A stretch of 63,866 bases of DNA, filler included, from Asterionella formosa (GCA_002256025.1; 11 parts of 11 records of this genome joined end to end with filler, not necessarily neighbours in it), one strand, 5' to 3'. Numbered from the whole stretch's first letter, positions 39,380-52,788 are shown. Notes: generated by a model not told the origin, from the sequence alone. Translations and numbers: made by a program.

Positions 39380-39526
39380 ACTAGAAATTTGCTGACAACG
39401 ACTAGAACTTGCTGAATACAACTAGAAATTGCAGACTACGAATAGGATTTGCTGAGTATACATAGAATTTGCAGACTAAGAATAGAATTTGCTGGCTACG
39501 AATAGAATTTGCTGACTACCACTAGA
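39380..39526 (+). repeat. Minisatellite, ~7 units of 20 bp
   Basis: Consensus a(c/a)tagaatttgctgactacg, without unique spacers. Confidence 0.9.
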
Positions 39527-39844
39527 TGAGCGATTTGTGAACTCTATAACCAAACCGTCTTCCAGTTCCTGAATACTATTACCAGTAGAAGTACTAGTTA
39601 AACTAGTTAAACACGGTTTCAACAATCAGAAAAAGACTTGCATTTAAGGTTGCTGCATTTGAACCCCTAGCTCGAGGTAGGGTTAAGAAAATAATATTCA
39701 GTCAGACTAATCAAACACGTACATTACACATATAAATTAAAAATGTATAACGCTCAACGGAGCTTTCACCAATAGACACCCTTTCCATATGCTTAAATAC
39801 AGTCTTCGGACAAAGTAGGGGTGTAGGTTCACTCAATATATCGT

Positions 39845-39997
39845 CAGTATATAGGATCTGGTCAGAAACTGCAGAAAGGAACTTCGGTTTTTTAGCTATG
39901 CTAAAAAGACTCGAAATTTCGGGGGAAATCTGTTTATTTGGCATAGTAAAAAAACCGAAGTTCCTTTCTGCAGTTTCTCGCCAGAAGTTATATACTG
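39845..39997. repeat. Fold-back hairpin, ~65-bp imperfect arms
   Basis: Perfect 30-bp core agaaactgcagaaaggaacttcggtttttt (39864-39893) versus 39949-39978; outer cagtatata/tatatactg. Confidence 0.9.
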
Positions 39998-40552
39998 GTG
40001 CTATTTGAAAGTTACCTATGTATCTAAATCGCCGTCAGACCCAGCCAACGTTTAGCTATCGTCGTCCAAAAACTCGACAAAATCGGCCTTTTCTACGGTC
40101 GCCAAAATATCGGAATCAGAATTATTAAGTGCCGAAACGTCATCATTGGAATGGCAGTCGTGTGCCGGAATTTTTAGTCCTAAAATCTCCTGTCCGAAAA
40201 CTTCCATTGTAAGTACCCGCTTCCACATACATAATATGATTGGTGATCATGAAGTACATTCCTCTGTTTGATTGGCCTGGTTTGCGAGGTCGTGCAAACC
40301 CACGCTGGCCACATTGGATTAACATGTAACATTTTCTTGGGTGTACTGACAGTCCGGTGCTATATTCACGAAGGGTACCAGTAGATGATCATCATTGGAC
40401 ATACCGGTACGCGTACCGCTCCTTGGGTGCACTTTCAAATATTTGCCGAGCCGCCGGGTCGTATACATGACCCATATTCGTCGATAGGAGAATACATTGT
40501 AGTACTGGTGTATGCACATGAAGCGATGTACATCTAAGACGCGAAATACGCC

Positions 40553-40949
40553 ACTTTTCGAAATTTCGTCTACGTATGAGTGTTAATTATGTGGTACTTC
40601 ACATGCATTAATGCCACTCTTCACGTAAAAAAGATTACTTTTAACTGTTTTATGTGAAGTTTTAACTGTTTCATGTGAAGTTTTCACAATGAATTTTGAA
40701 CGCGAGACTGAATTAGTTGATGTTTCAAATAATTCATTTGACTTTTCGAAATTTCGTTTACGTACGAGTGTTAATTATGTGGTACTTCACATGCATTAAT
40801 GCCACTCTTCACGTAAAAAGGTTACTTTTAACGGTTTCATGTGAAGTTTTAACGGTTTCATGTGAAGTTTTAACGGTTTCATGTGAAGTTTTCACAATGA
40901 ATTTTGAACGCGAGACTGAATTAGTTGATGTTTCAAATAATTCATTTGA
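40553..40949 (+). repeat. Tandem duplication (~188/208 bp) with nested 20-bp subrepeat
   Basis: Units start near 40553 and 40741; the second has one extra ttttaacggtttcatgtgaag-type subunit. Confidence 0.92.
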
Positions 40950-41073
40950 AAGTTCAACTAAGATCCTGCTCTTNNNNNNNNNNNNNNNNNNNNNNNNNNN
41001 NNNNNNNNNNNNNNNNNTTAATTAATTAANNNNNNNNNNNNNNNNNNNNNNNNNNNNNNNNNNNNNNNNNNNN

Positions 41074-42978
41074 GGCGTTAACATGATCTGCTATGCTGGG
41101 ATGTCTATCCTTGAGTCGAGAACAGGATGTGCCTTGCGGCCAGAATTACTACTGACACCAAGAATTATTGAACGTCTCGAGAACAAATGCAACGCGGCAA
41201 AATGCACATCGTGCGATTACTTTCTACCGGTAGTCGTGCCGGTAGTACATCTCTATGAAGAATATAGCATCGATGGCTACTATAGCCAGTCACAAGGGCT
41301 GTGGACGCGACTGTAGTCAAATGAGTCAAAATGGTGCATCCCCATGTCAAGAAGCTTGCTACCTGGTACCAAGATTGATGTTTTAGATCAATCAGAAGAG
41401 GGTTTGCATCAGCGAAAAGGGAACATGAAGAACAGGTTCCCAAATTGTGATAAATGGGATTAATACTAGGACTTAGCTAGTTTAAGCTTATAGCTGGTGG
41501 TAGGTAATTAAGAAACAGTGAGAATTGACAGGAGAGTAAGAAGTCAATAGCGAAAACTAGCAAAAAGGCTAGCAGCAAAAGATAACAGTACTAGCAGTAC
41601 AACTGGTGAAACCTACGTAAGATGATAGCCATTGGACGGGAAGAAGTACATGACCTTTTAACATGCTTTAAAGCAACGGTCAATGCTTTGAGCGAGGCTA
41701 CATGCTACACCCCCAAAAAACAATGGGAAGTGACAAAGCCACATCTGGGGCGGAGTTTGCCTACATTCAATGTGTAAGATGCCAAATGTCACATGCAGAA
41801 AGCGAGGTTGGTCGCATTCGCATGCTACAAGAACTTTCAATGAATACTCAACGGTGACAAACAATCAAGAGGAGAGAAAGACCTAAACAAGGGTGATAAA
41901 ATCATGTCAAGTGAATGTCCCCAGAATATGAGCTGCTCCAAGCGGAAATGACCATCGCTGCAAAGCTTAAAATCATTGCTGTTCCTCGCCATGTCAAATC
42001 TTATCAGGATAAGGAAGTCGATAATCTATTACTACCCTTGGAGGCTAAACTTAATTGTGACATCGACCGCCTTGCAGGAACAGTGCGTACACTCTTGTGC
42101 AAGCAACCCGTACACAGCCAGACGACTCCTTGACACTACAACTTACCCCCAGGCCACTGGGCTACATTACCAATTGCTCACAATTGGATTACAAACCGCT
42201 TACCTCTTGCTGTCCATGAGGAATGCCATCGAGAGGCCGTCGAGCACTATATGCTTAAGCACAGGGGATGGGGGGAGACAATGGAGATCTATAACATAGT
42301 GGATTGGTCAGCCCGACAGGCAGCGTGCCGGAAAACTGGTAAAAATGGCTCCCAAAAGACGACGATTTTTTAACTCGAATTTGATCTCTTCGCCACAATA
42401 AAACGTCGTCGTAAGTACGAACCAACCAACAACGGCCAGTGTCCTCGCTCGCTGTGGCCGCTTCAACGAAGATATTCCTCATGTCATTAGATGCCCACAC
42501 AACCGCATCACCCGCCAAAAATCTTGGACTAACCAATTTTTATTTCTCAGTGGCCGTTATTCATGTCCCTTGCTGATCACAGTTTTTTCTAAGCAAGGGG
42601 ATGGAGCAATGGTTTGCTGAGCAATAGATGACAACTTGGTTGGGGGGCGTCCCCGCTCAGGACAAAGCCTTTTTAAACCAGCCACCAACAGCAGGATATT
42701 GGTTGGGATCAAGCCCTATGAGGCTGAGTTAGCAAATATTGGGGCATTGCAAACTCGAGCGAAGAACTGTTGGCAGTGCAGCATTCCTTCCGATTCTAGT
42801 ATAGTAGACGATAAACGGACAATGAGTTTGGTGAATGAATTGTAGCTCTTTAGCATAGACCAATGGAAAGAACGGAATAGTTTTTTTAACGGGACAACAT
42901 CAGAGGACTAACAAATTGAATACCTTGGCAAGACCGCAGATGCCACAATTACAAAATATTATAAGCATACGGATACAA
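41074..42978 (+). mobile_element. Non-LTR retrotransposon (LINE) 3' remnant: RNase H + zinc knuckle, interrupted
   Basis: SPEYELL...RHVKSYQD...LPLEAKLNCDIDRLAG (RNase H C-terminal part); IVDW; degenerate CP.....EDIPHVIRCP knuckle; IGW and WKERN-type tail. Unrelated DNA lies at about 41310-41910. Confidence 0.7.
41535..41665 (-). repeat. Dispersed repeat family, partial copy
   Basis: Diverged reverse complement of about 5635-5772. Confidence 0.7.
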
Positions 42979-42979
42979 C

Positions 42980-43327
42980 TAAGCCGCGTATTATGTGAAG
43001 TGACCTTTGCGTAAATAAGCCTAGTTGATTTTGAATGGATCACATAAATTAGTTGAATACATGAAATGCTTACTTGAATATATCTATATATTACCTGAAT
43101 ACATTACGTTTATTATTTGATCAGAGTATCATGCATGCAATCGTTATCATCACTACATTATATGATCATCTTCATGAAATTATTTGAAATAATTCACATA
43201 ATTATTTGAAATACTTGAATTAATTCTGTAATTTAGTTCACATTGTTGCCTTATAATTTTTTCACGTAATTCTATAATATAGTTCACGTAAGGTATTAAA
43301 TTTGTTAACGTAATTTAAAAGTACTAT
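42980..43327 (+). mobile_element. Non-autonomous element end, copy 1
   Basis: Starts (c)taagccgcgtatta(t/c)gtgaagtgacc and aligns for ~350 bp with 46486-46832; upstream flanks differ. Confidence 0.75.
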
Positions 43328-45951
43328 CAATAATGTTGATTACTAATTCAACTACCAGTATTTCACATTACATTGTAAACAAATCTCGATATGCAATCAA
43401 AAAAAGCTGTTAGCACCACAACTCACCGATGCGTTCAAAAGAATGCTCCTGTTGTGAAATGGACGGCTAAAATGTAAAATAAGTGTAGAGAACAATAATA
43501 GAACCATGTGATTTATCGCTCGCTTTGCTGATACAATGACAAAAACTGAAGATTAAGCTTACCTTAAAGGCCTCCATTGCGGGTCTCCATATTGTATCAT
43601 TTCACCTTCTATCACTCATGCTTTCCAAAGAACACTCCTCTTCTGAAAAGGTCTGCTCAACTGTCGAATGAATGTTGAAAAAAACAGCATATCATTATGA
43701 GTTATCCCTCGCTTGGTGATATGATAGCAAAATTAGCAAGCAAATAAATCGTACTTACGATCTCAATATTGCATCATTCCACCTTCTGTTGCTGCAACAA
43801 ATAATATGTGAGTTCTTGGCTGATGAAGGATTTGTTCATAGTGAGGCGTTGGAAAGACAGAAAGGGGATGCTACCACGTCTGCAAATAGAAAACATCTAA
43901 TTTGTGTGATGCATCTTATAATGGCGATCATATGATCATATAAAATCGATTTTTCATCTAATATGAATAATATTTATTCTCACAGAGATTATTGTAAATA
44001 TATATATATATATTAATTCATGTATTTTTGCATGTTTACCATCACTGGCTGCAAACAGCAACAATCGCTCAATCTGAATTTGAATCATTCGTGTTGCATT
44101 AGGACAGTCGTACATGGGTATACAGACAAATAAAATCAGTACTAATTGTGTCCATCTATTTGGTGGGCCCAAGTGCAATTATTGGATAGCTTTAATGTAC
44201 TATAAAATTTAACTGACATTTTTAATACACCAAAAAAGGTCGTCCGAAAAAGCAGAAATTGGGAAACTTTCATCGCCTGGCGCATCACTTACTTGCGCAT
44301 CCAAGCACCAAGCCCATGCCACAGCCCCCTTCAATGGCTTCTACTACATAGCTACACCATTGCTGGACCTATTTCCTTGCCACCAATATCACTGTCACTC
44401 TGTGGGCCTCTACTACCGCCCTCATCAGAACATCTTGAGGTTTTCTTCCCTCTGATGCTGTCAGTGCCCACTCTCTTCATGCGTGCAGTGCTATGGCCCT
44501 ACATTGCTTGCGCTCATGTCGATACCAACCGCATCTGCTTGATCGCCCTCTGCTGGCGCTCCAATGAAATGATACGTTACTTACATCTAAAAGCCCAGCA
44601 CCCCATCATGCAGTGCTGACTAGCTACGAAAGCAAGGTCAAGAGCCAAAGGAAGGATAACAGCGCGTTTATATACCAAAAGATGTCGTCCGCAAAAGCAT
44701 AAACCACAGTTGCCCACCCGGAAACCTAGTCTACAGACTCTGTGTATGGTGGTGCAAAGGTGGTATCGGGAACCCTACTAGTAAACCCACCATTACCACC
44801 ATCACCCAGCATTACCTACACAGGTGTCTACATAGACCCCCGCAAAAGAGTTGCTGTGTAGTAAACGGGAGTCCTAGGCAACAAAGGGGCTACAGCTGCT
44901 GAGAATAACAAGTCCCTCTGTCATATAGCCAACATCGATACGGACTCTAAAATAACACGCACATGCAGATGACAACAACTGTGCAACGTTAAAACATCGA
45001 TAGCAGCAGATTCAAAAAAATAATCTTTAAGATATGCTATACTTAAAGTTTATCAGCAATACAATGGCACTACTCCATTTATTGATGTTTAATCGATTTT
45101 CAATGGTGCATCTATAATTCACAGGATAACAACCGGCTGTATATGATGATATGCAAGGGATCTTTCGGTTGTCAGGTGAATTCTTGAGGGAACCATCACA
45201 AAAGGTTTGCAAAAACTCACTATTATCAAGACACTTCTGCATGATAATGAGAATTAGTTGTTGTTGTATCGTTGTATTCTTGTTGTATTGTTATTCGATA
45301 TTGTGTTTGTCGTTGCCTTAATAAGAACCATCAAAAATTGATATGCATGGCAACTTTCGGTTGTGAGGTGAATTGTTGAGAGAATCATCACGGAATTCAT
45401 ACAAACACTCCATACAGCCACTCAATATACTGTGGCGTGATAATGTCAGAATAGCACTTAGCTACATTATGAAGGCTTCCTTGAGCAACCACAGTGTATT
45501 TGGACAAACATTGAAGTCGTTGTTGTCGATTCTTCGCTGGATCACCAACAGTGTAGTATGCTGCAAAGGTCAGCGGAACCATCATTTCTCGGTTGTCACA
45601 TCGATTCTTGGTGGAATCATTGTCACACCAGAGCGTTTACAAGGACAAATTACGATGAAAAATGAAAATGCCCATAGCAATCACGTCATTGAGACTTGAG
45701 GAACAATACAATAATTCAAATTGTGGTCGTTGTTTGAGTTTTGAAGACAGAGCAAGAAGCGGAGCAAGTGATGATGATCACAAATAACCCAATATTTTCG
45801 TTGGTACATCAACCTACAAGGAAACTGAACCATAGGAACAAAAATGCAAAGTATATATATAATTGTACAATAAACATAGTCCAAAATGGTTTCTGTTTAA
45901 TTTATGTTAATTCTTGTTATACAGATTAGATAGTATATTGAAATTAAACAA

Positions 45952-46484
45952 TCATATGATCATCATCATAGTAAGGTACATCACATGAATAGTATGATGT
46001 TTTCTATTTGCAGACAATTTATGGGCGTATCTGACCTCAGCAGGACATGTTGGGTCCCCAGTTGGTTTCTTAACTTTGTGAAGCTTTGTAAACTTTCGGC
46101 GAAGTGAACATCCTGTTTGTTCTTTGTCTGGGAAATTCTCGTTGTGTTGTGAAGCAACAACTTCCCATTCATGGGACCCAATCGGCAGGTGAGTAGAATT
46201 AGAGTCCAGCAATACGAGGATCTCATTTATCCTGAACTGTTGACCCATGTTTCGGCAAGCCCTTGAAAAAATTGGTGGTCACCTGGCAGTTGCCGTTCTT
46301 TCAAATGAACTATTGTTGTTCCTTGATGGGGAATGAGTAACCCCAGAAACAACAACAGGGACATCCATCCTGGCGTTGTCCTCAACATCACTGGCAAACT
46401 TGTCATCACCAGTGCCATATTCATTTTACTCCTCCTCCTCTTCTTCTTCTTCTTCTTCTGGTTGAATCTGTTGTTGTTCTTCAT
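45952..46484 (-). mobile_element. Myb/SANT-like (DUF6818-type) ORF remnant, as found beside Harbinger transposases
   Basis: LPIGSHEWEVVASQHN...SLRRKFTKLHKVKKPTGDPTCPAEVRYAHK; frameshifted; 5' end abuts the repeat at 46486. Confidence 0.65.
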
Positions 46485-46485
46485 C

Positions 46486-46832
46486 TAAGCCGCGTATTAC
46501 GTGAAGTGACCATCACGTAAATAAGCCTAGTTGATTTTGAATGCATCACATGAATTAGTTGAATACATCAAAATACGTAGTTGAATATATCTATATATTA
46601 TCTGAATACATCACGTTAAATATTTGATCAGAGTATCATGCATGCATTCCTGATCATCACTATATTACGTGATCACCTTCACATAATTATTTGAAATACT
46701 TCACATAATTATTTGAAATACTTCAATTAATTCTGTAATTCAGTTCACATTGCCTTAAATTTTTGTTCACGTAATTCTATAATATGGTTCATGTAATTTA
46801 TTAAATTTTTTTAGGTATTTTAAAAGTACTAT
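46486..46832 (+). mobile_element. Non-autonomous element end, copy 2
   Basis: Direct copy of 42980-43327; runs into a gap. Confidence 0.75.
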
Positions 46833-46932
46833 NNNNNNNNNNNNNNNNNNNNNNNNNNNNNNNNNNNNNNNNNNNNTTAATTAATTAANNNNNNNNNNNN
46901 NNNNNNNNNNNNNNNNNNNNNNNNNNNNNNNN

Positions 46933-47067
46933 CTAGATTTGTCCTTCAATTCTTTCACTGGCACACTTCCGACTGAGATTGGTCTTTTGACAACAAGTCT
47001 CAGTGGACTAGGATTGAGTAACAATTCATTTACTGGTTCAGTTCCCCTAGACTTTGGTCTTATCTAA
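46933..47067 (+). CDS. 3' fragment of a plant-specific-type (24-aa) LRR protein
   Basis: Manual translation LDLSFNSFTGTLPTEIGLLTTSLSGLGLSNNSFTGSVPLDFGLI*; upstream part in gap; absent from the ORF track. Confidence 0.8.
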   Translation, partial: LDLSFNSFTGTLPTEIGLLTTSLSGLGLSNNSFTGSVPLDFGLI

Positions 47068-49290
47068 TATTCGTTGTGCACGTGTGAGGGACAGAATCAA
47101 ACAATGTAAGTATGACATACGGTTGGATTAATGTTTACTTGGATGACAATTTAACTATGAATATACATAAATACATTTATTTTATATATAATAAGGTGAG
47201 TTAAAAGTATGTACATAATAATAATGTAGTAGTGGTATGAACGAAATTGATACACTCCTCAGCGTACACTTCGCTGTACACCAATACGGATAGGAAAGGT
47301 ACAGTGCTGTGTAAGGTACCAGGTATTCCCTCACTCATCTCTGTCTGCTTCGAAAAGCTGATTTGCTTGTTGCTGTTGTGACGATCACTTCCTTACTTGA
47401 TTGAGACTTTCTCCAGAGCGAGTTCGCTCATGACGGAGAAACAACGACGACATAAAGTCATCAATGAATGACATGGAACCGAATGAACTACTCAGACAAC
47501 ACTCCAGTAAGAAGCTGCTAAAGTACTACAGTACAACTACCGGTACACTGCTTGTGTTGAGAACAGAGTCGACCAGCCATGTCTGTTCGTCCCTCTAGTA
47601 TTACCAGTACTCGACTACTCTTATTCCTACTGGTATGAACTGATATGAGTTCATCGTTGTGCATCGTAATTGCAGAGGTGGTTGGCAGCCAGCCAGCAGT
47701 TCGTTTGGATTAGGCTTTACATAGCTATTACAGTGCTCTGGATGCTTCCGGTTCCAGAACTCATCAAGGCTTTTTATGCTGCTGGGTTGGCTTGGCTTGG
47801 CTTGGCTTGGGTATCTCTTCACACAACTGCAGCGTTGTGAACCAGCAGTTCAGCTGCTACTGCCATTGCCACTGCTGTCAAATCCTGATTCATCATTAGA
47901 ATCAGAAGACAACAACACTTGAGTTGGATCCAGCGACGAGTGAAACTACCAGTATTGTTCCTGACTTGGAGGCGACCTCAATACACTGTGATCTCAGTCT
48001 CGCTACTGCTTGTATGGTACTTGATGGATTCTGGAGAGAACCTCCACTTGGATCATTGAATCAAACTTTATCACAAGAAAGGAACCTCGATTATCGAATG
48101 GCTAGACATGAGAAGCGGCCACAACGACGACATTGAAACCAGCCACACAGCAAATACAAATTTATTGTTTCTAGACCAAAGCTTAAAAGTCTGCATACCG
48201 GTATTCGCTTCAAGCTGTTCACCAGCCACGGGGGGGGGCATTGATTGTTCTCTACATGTGATTCAACTATGGTACCCTTACTGAAGCTTTGAGGGAAGCT
48301 GCCAAGTTCTTTCTTGTCACGATCTGGAACCTGACTTAATCATGGAGAATGAAAGCCACAATCAAAATAATGAACAACTTGCCCTTTAGTATAGTTTATT
48401 TATTTTTTCATTTATTTGCCAATCCGCAGGTTTCCTTTTTGATGGCAAACTATTGTGGTAACGGTACATACAAAGCTATCAAACATGGAAGGACCTATAT
48501 ACATTACCGGTACTATTCATCATCAGTGCAACTGCCCTATTAAATATCACTTGAATGCTGATTATTCTACTTTGAAACTTGTCCTTGGACATCATTACAC
48601 CGGCAGCAGATTCTGCTACTGGTACTTAGTATGGAGTAGCAAATTCGGCTATTGGATCTTCATCAGAATAGGAGTCCTTGCGAAGAGTGAATTTCTATTT
48701 GGAAATATCTTGTATATGATATATCATATGATGTCCAAGCGCCAATTTCATTTTATCAAATAATTCCAATGGAACCATATACCATATCTTTGGTGACTTA
48801 CCGCTTACTGCACCAACTGATGAATCAGATATCCATAGTACTTGATGGGTACTGGTACAACGTGGTTGTACCATCTACGTAGATACATTACAACCTTGTA
48901 AAAAGTAGTGCTGGAACGGCCTCAAGTCCCAACTTGTTGGACCTACCATTACAGCAGGGCACTAATAGGCCAATTCGTCTTTAGATTGCATCTTATCAGC
49001 ATGTCTGAAAATTTTAAGGTCCGGCCACTGCTGACCATGTGGAAAAGGCCCATTAATCCAAACTATATCGCCCGTGCAGATGCATAACCCAACCTCGTAG
49101 CGAACACCAGGGCCATTGAATGAAGACAACATGTTTCAAAGCCCCCCTCAAGGAAAGCGTCAGAGGTATTTAGTGCGTGCTCGTCACGAAACAGTGAACA
49201 GTGAAATTGATGTGGACAAGCATGGTCCTGTATTTGAACAAACTTATTCACCATGTCTGTCGTAGCTTCCCGTAAGCAGCCTGGAGGAAA

Positions 49291-49750
49291 TTATCTATGG
49301 TGGTAGATATTAAAGTTGGGTTCGTAAATTTTGCTAAAATGATTGTTCGAAGGCGATGCCTTGGTGGCAAGTTCTCGTAGCTTTTCCATTAGTAGCTCTA
49401 ATCGTTTGAAATACTCTGTCACTTCCTGCAGCAGTGACATCGTACTTGGCTCGATATTGGCTGTCAGCATCGCCACGTGCCATGCGAGAGGTTTGGCCCT
49501 ATCGATTATCTCGATGAGCTCCTTGTTGGGAAGTTTTGCTGGTACACCATTTCCCGTGGGAAAATGTGTTAAATAATTATTTACTTCAATTAGACGGTCT
49601 ACGAAGGCTTTTATCCCGCCGTTACATAGTCTTAATTGATAACGCATATAAGTTTTCTGCTTAGAGAGCCCATCTAAAGGTATGAACCGGTTGTTTAGGG
49701 CTTCAATTGCAGAATTGTATAAGGCTTCGTCTGCAGCGGGAGAGTCCTCA
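49291..49750 (-). mobile_element. Ty3/Gypsy gag-like remnant
   Basis: FIPLDGLSKQKTYMRYQL...FVDRLIEVNNYLTHFP...ELIEIIDRAKPLAW, resembling stramenopile Gypsy gag; next to an integrase remnant. Confidence 0.65.
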
Positions 49751-49754
49751 AAAA

Positions 49755-50160
49755 TGTTAGCCTACCGGTAGCATTCTTACGTGCATCTATTCTAGAGGTA
49801 CATAGCTATATACCAATAATTATCTCGTAGCATAAATAGCTGCGGGTACATAATGCAATATGTACTATGGGCTAGTATACAGCATCACGTACTAATCATG
49901 ATCAATCCCGTGTACATGTATGTGTACCACATATGGGTACCCTGGTACCATGGTAGTCATGTGCGTTATATGAAAGGGTACACCTTTCATTAGGGTTGAC
50001 CTGGTATACATACACAGTGTGTATTGCGTAAATCTCTTCGTTGAGAGTAAACAAGTATATGGTCTGTATAGAAGAGCCTATAAAATAAGGTTAACATTAT
50101 AGAGGACTTATACCATCTAATATAGTATTTCTAGCTTGGTACATACTGTACCATAGGTCA
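49755..50160 (-). mobile_element. Putative LTR
   Basis: On the minus strand TG begins right after a PPT-like catgggggcaag following the integrase end; the distal CA boundary (~49755) is a guess. Confidence 0.4.
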
Positions 50161-50470
50161 CTTGCCCCCATGAATTGCCAAGGCAAAATACGGGTGGACA
50201 CGGCGAATGTTAAGACGCTGAGACACGATGCCACGGAGTATTTGGACAGTGCCATTTGTATATACCTGTGTGACAGTATGTGGCCCATCAGTGGGGCTCA
50301 TCAATTTCGGGAGGAGTCCTGGACGGATGACCGTGATTTGGTCACTGATCTTATATGTATGGGGAATACAAGATTTGTTTTCCTTGGCATTCGAAGCATT
50401 TATGCTGACCTGTTTGTTGTGGCGGATGGCCTCCCAATTCACCTTAAAGGCAATATTGAGGAGCATGACA
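50161..50470 (-). mobile_element. Ty3/Gypsy integrase C-terminus + PPT
   Basis: MLLNIAFKVNWEAIRHNKQ...KENKSCIPHTYKISD...KLMSPTDGPHTVTQVYTNGTVQI...LNIRRVHPYF (GPY/F-type module). Confidence 0.85.
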
Positions 50471-50686
50471 CTGCAATTTGTCACTGGAACGTCTGTATTG
50501 CAAGGAAATGATGGAAATATCAAAAAGTTTGCCATTCATGGAGTGGATAAAAATTCATGTTTTTACCCATGGGCACATACATGTTTCAATCGCCTTGACC
50601 TACCTGACTACCAGTCAAAGAAGGAGCTTGAAGAAAAACTTAGGCTGGCTGTGACCACTTCTTGCATTGGTTTTGGCTTGGATTAG
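50471..50686 (+). pseudogene. Orphan HECT E3 ligase C-lobe fragment
   Basis: LQFVTGTS...LQGNDGNIKKFAI...PWAHTCFNRLDLPDYQSKKELEEKLRLAV...GFGLD*; catalytic Cys motif present, upstream gene missing. Confidence 0.88.
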
Positions 50687-50929
50687 GTAGAATGCAAACA
50701 TTATGACTAGTTTCCCATCTTTTGTATGGCTGTAGTGGTAGTAAACACCAGAAGCTGTCCATTGATTTAAATAACCAAAATAATTAGGGTTAGGTAAAGG
50801 AAGGAGCTACAATGACGATTATCCAATGACGATGAGGTGACTAATTAACTTGCCAAAAAGTAATGAGACTACTGGTATTTTGCTTTTCGCCTGATGCTAG
50901 GGTTAGGGTTAGGTTGGTTGTAGTGATAA

Positions 50930-51830
50930 CATCTTCTGCAGCAATCTTCAATGTGTTTGGGCAGTATTCACAACCAATTTCCGATGTGCTGTGCAAGCAT
51001 AGAGTACTGCAAAGTATCATTCTCATTTGATATCAGATTCTTCATAGTGATTTATTTGCAGCACGCTTTGTTGTTGTAATTCAAAGCCAAGTTCCCAAGT
51101 ATTGAACAACCATATTCTTGCACAGTAGCATTCTTAGGTTGTTCTTCCATAGCAGACAAAATTGTAGTGATACCTCCTTCTTTAACAATCATCAACTTAT
51201 TATTGTCATTATTCACAACGAAGTTCTGAAGCTTCATGAAACCTTCTTCTTGCCCAGTAGCATTGACTAAAGAAATCATCATCATCATCATAGAAGGCAT
51301 AATTGTTGTAATTTCTTCTATAGTCAAGTCAGTATTGACCTTGTGGATACAATTCTTTTTTGGATTAACAAGTCCTTCAAATTTTGTTAATAAATTATCA
51401 TCATGAATTGGATATCACTTGACAAAAAGTGAAATCCAGACTTTATGGTCCTTGAGTGCCTCAGCTATGATGGCCTTGGTACCCTCATTACCAATTGAAT
51501 TACCATTGAGATATAGTAGCATACTGAGATCAAGTGCAGTCAAGATGGTATTGACCGTGAGGAGGGCCTCTGCAATGGCCTTGGCATGATCAGCAACAAT
51601 AGATTTACCTCCAAGATAAAAAAGTGTGGTCAAGACAGCATTGACCAAGACGGCCAGCAATGCAATTTCCTTGGCGCCATCATCACCAATTGAATTATAA
51701 CAGAGACTAATAAGTTCAGTCAAACTTGGATCATTTTCTTTCCACCATTTGACACAGCCATCTTTCCAATTCCTCTGTTACTGTTTTCCCTCCAGATGAT
51801 AGTGAAACCATTGTCAATCTCATCTTGAAT
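50930..51830 (-). pseudogene. Degraded LRR-ARM family member (copy C)
   Basis: Same 5' leader ttcaaga(c/t)ga(c/g)attgacaatg, KENDPSLTEL cap, NSIGDDGAK LRRs and GGITTILSAM...VQEYGC ARM repeat; many indels. Confidence 0.85.
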
Positions 51831-52069
51831 GAAATTTAAGTTTTTTTAGCAACTTGCTCCCCATCCCAGTATAAAAGTGTCCAGTGTTTCTGACTTGGTA
51901 CATAATAACCAGGTTATAAATACTGCCTTACTAAAATAATGCATAACTGTGGTTATTTGTCATCAAGTCTGACTTGGTGGCATCAGACTTTGGACTCTAG
52001 TCCAGACTTGGGATAAATAAGTCAGTGTATTCATTTATAAATAAATATATATACTATGAATAATAATAT

Positions 52070-52688
52070 ACATGTACAGCCGAATGTTGGGACAAGGCAA
52101 CCTGCTATGTACACAGAAAGAATCTAACGTCTAGTAATTAAGATAGCCAAATGTACGGAAAACCGACTCGCTGTTGCTTTCCATCTTTTTGTGTTCCATA
52201 AAGATAAAGTCCTGGTTCTTCGAATGATACGGGATGATGCACTACCGGTAGCTATTGACACTGACACTGAAGCACGAGACGACTCTTTGCAGTGACGGAT
52301 GAGCGATTCCGGCTATTGAGACAGGAAAGTAACATCAGATCCATCTTGGCTCGACCCACCAGCAGAAACGTAAAGGAGGCATCATTCATGATACAACTCC
52401 TGCTGATGCTGCAGTAAAACATGAAGAAGGAGCAAAAATACGCCGTAGTCGTCATGTTCATGTTCATGATCATGGTGAACAAAAGGGTACTACTCGACGA
52501 GAACTGACATTGCAACATGCCGGAAGGGAGAAAGCTGTTGCTACTACAGCAACAACAACAACTACTACTTTCAATGAGGCATGAAATATCAATGAGACTC
52601 GCCAGAAGTCGTTTCACAGGAAAAAGGAGAAAATAAGATACAAGCATTAACAAAGGAGTCAACCACAACCTCCTAGTGAAGTAGTCAT
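52070..52688 (-). repeat. Dispersed repeat family, copy 2
   Basis: Reverse complement of about 5017-5630; cut by gap. Confidence 0.85.
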
Positions 52689-52788
52689 NNNNNNNNNNNN
52701 NNNNNNNNNNNNNNNNNNNNNNNNNNNNNNNNTTAATTAATTAANNNNNNNNNNNNNNNNNNNNNNNNNNNNNNNNNNNNNNNNNNNN

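Noticed and set aside
39380..39526. CRISPR-like periodic repeat
   Set aside because: Contiguous units without unique spacers, no cas genes, eukaryotic context.
43400..45700. Splice-like signals and a ~70-bp direct repeat (45148/45340)
   Set aside because: Could not assemble a coherent gene model.
50784..50917. Telomere-like TTAGGG units
   Set aside because: Only 2-3 degenerate units, too short to call an interstitial telomere.
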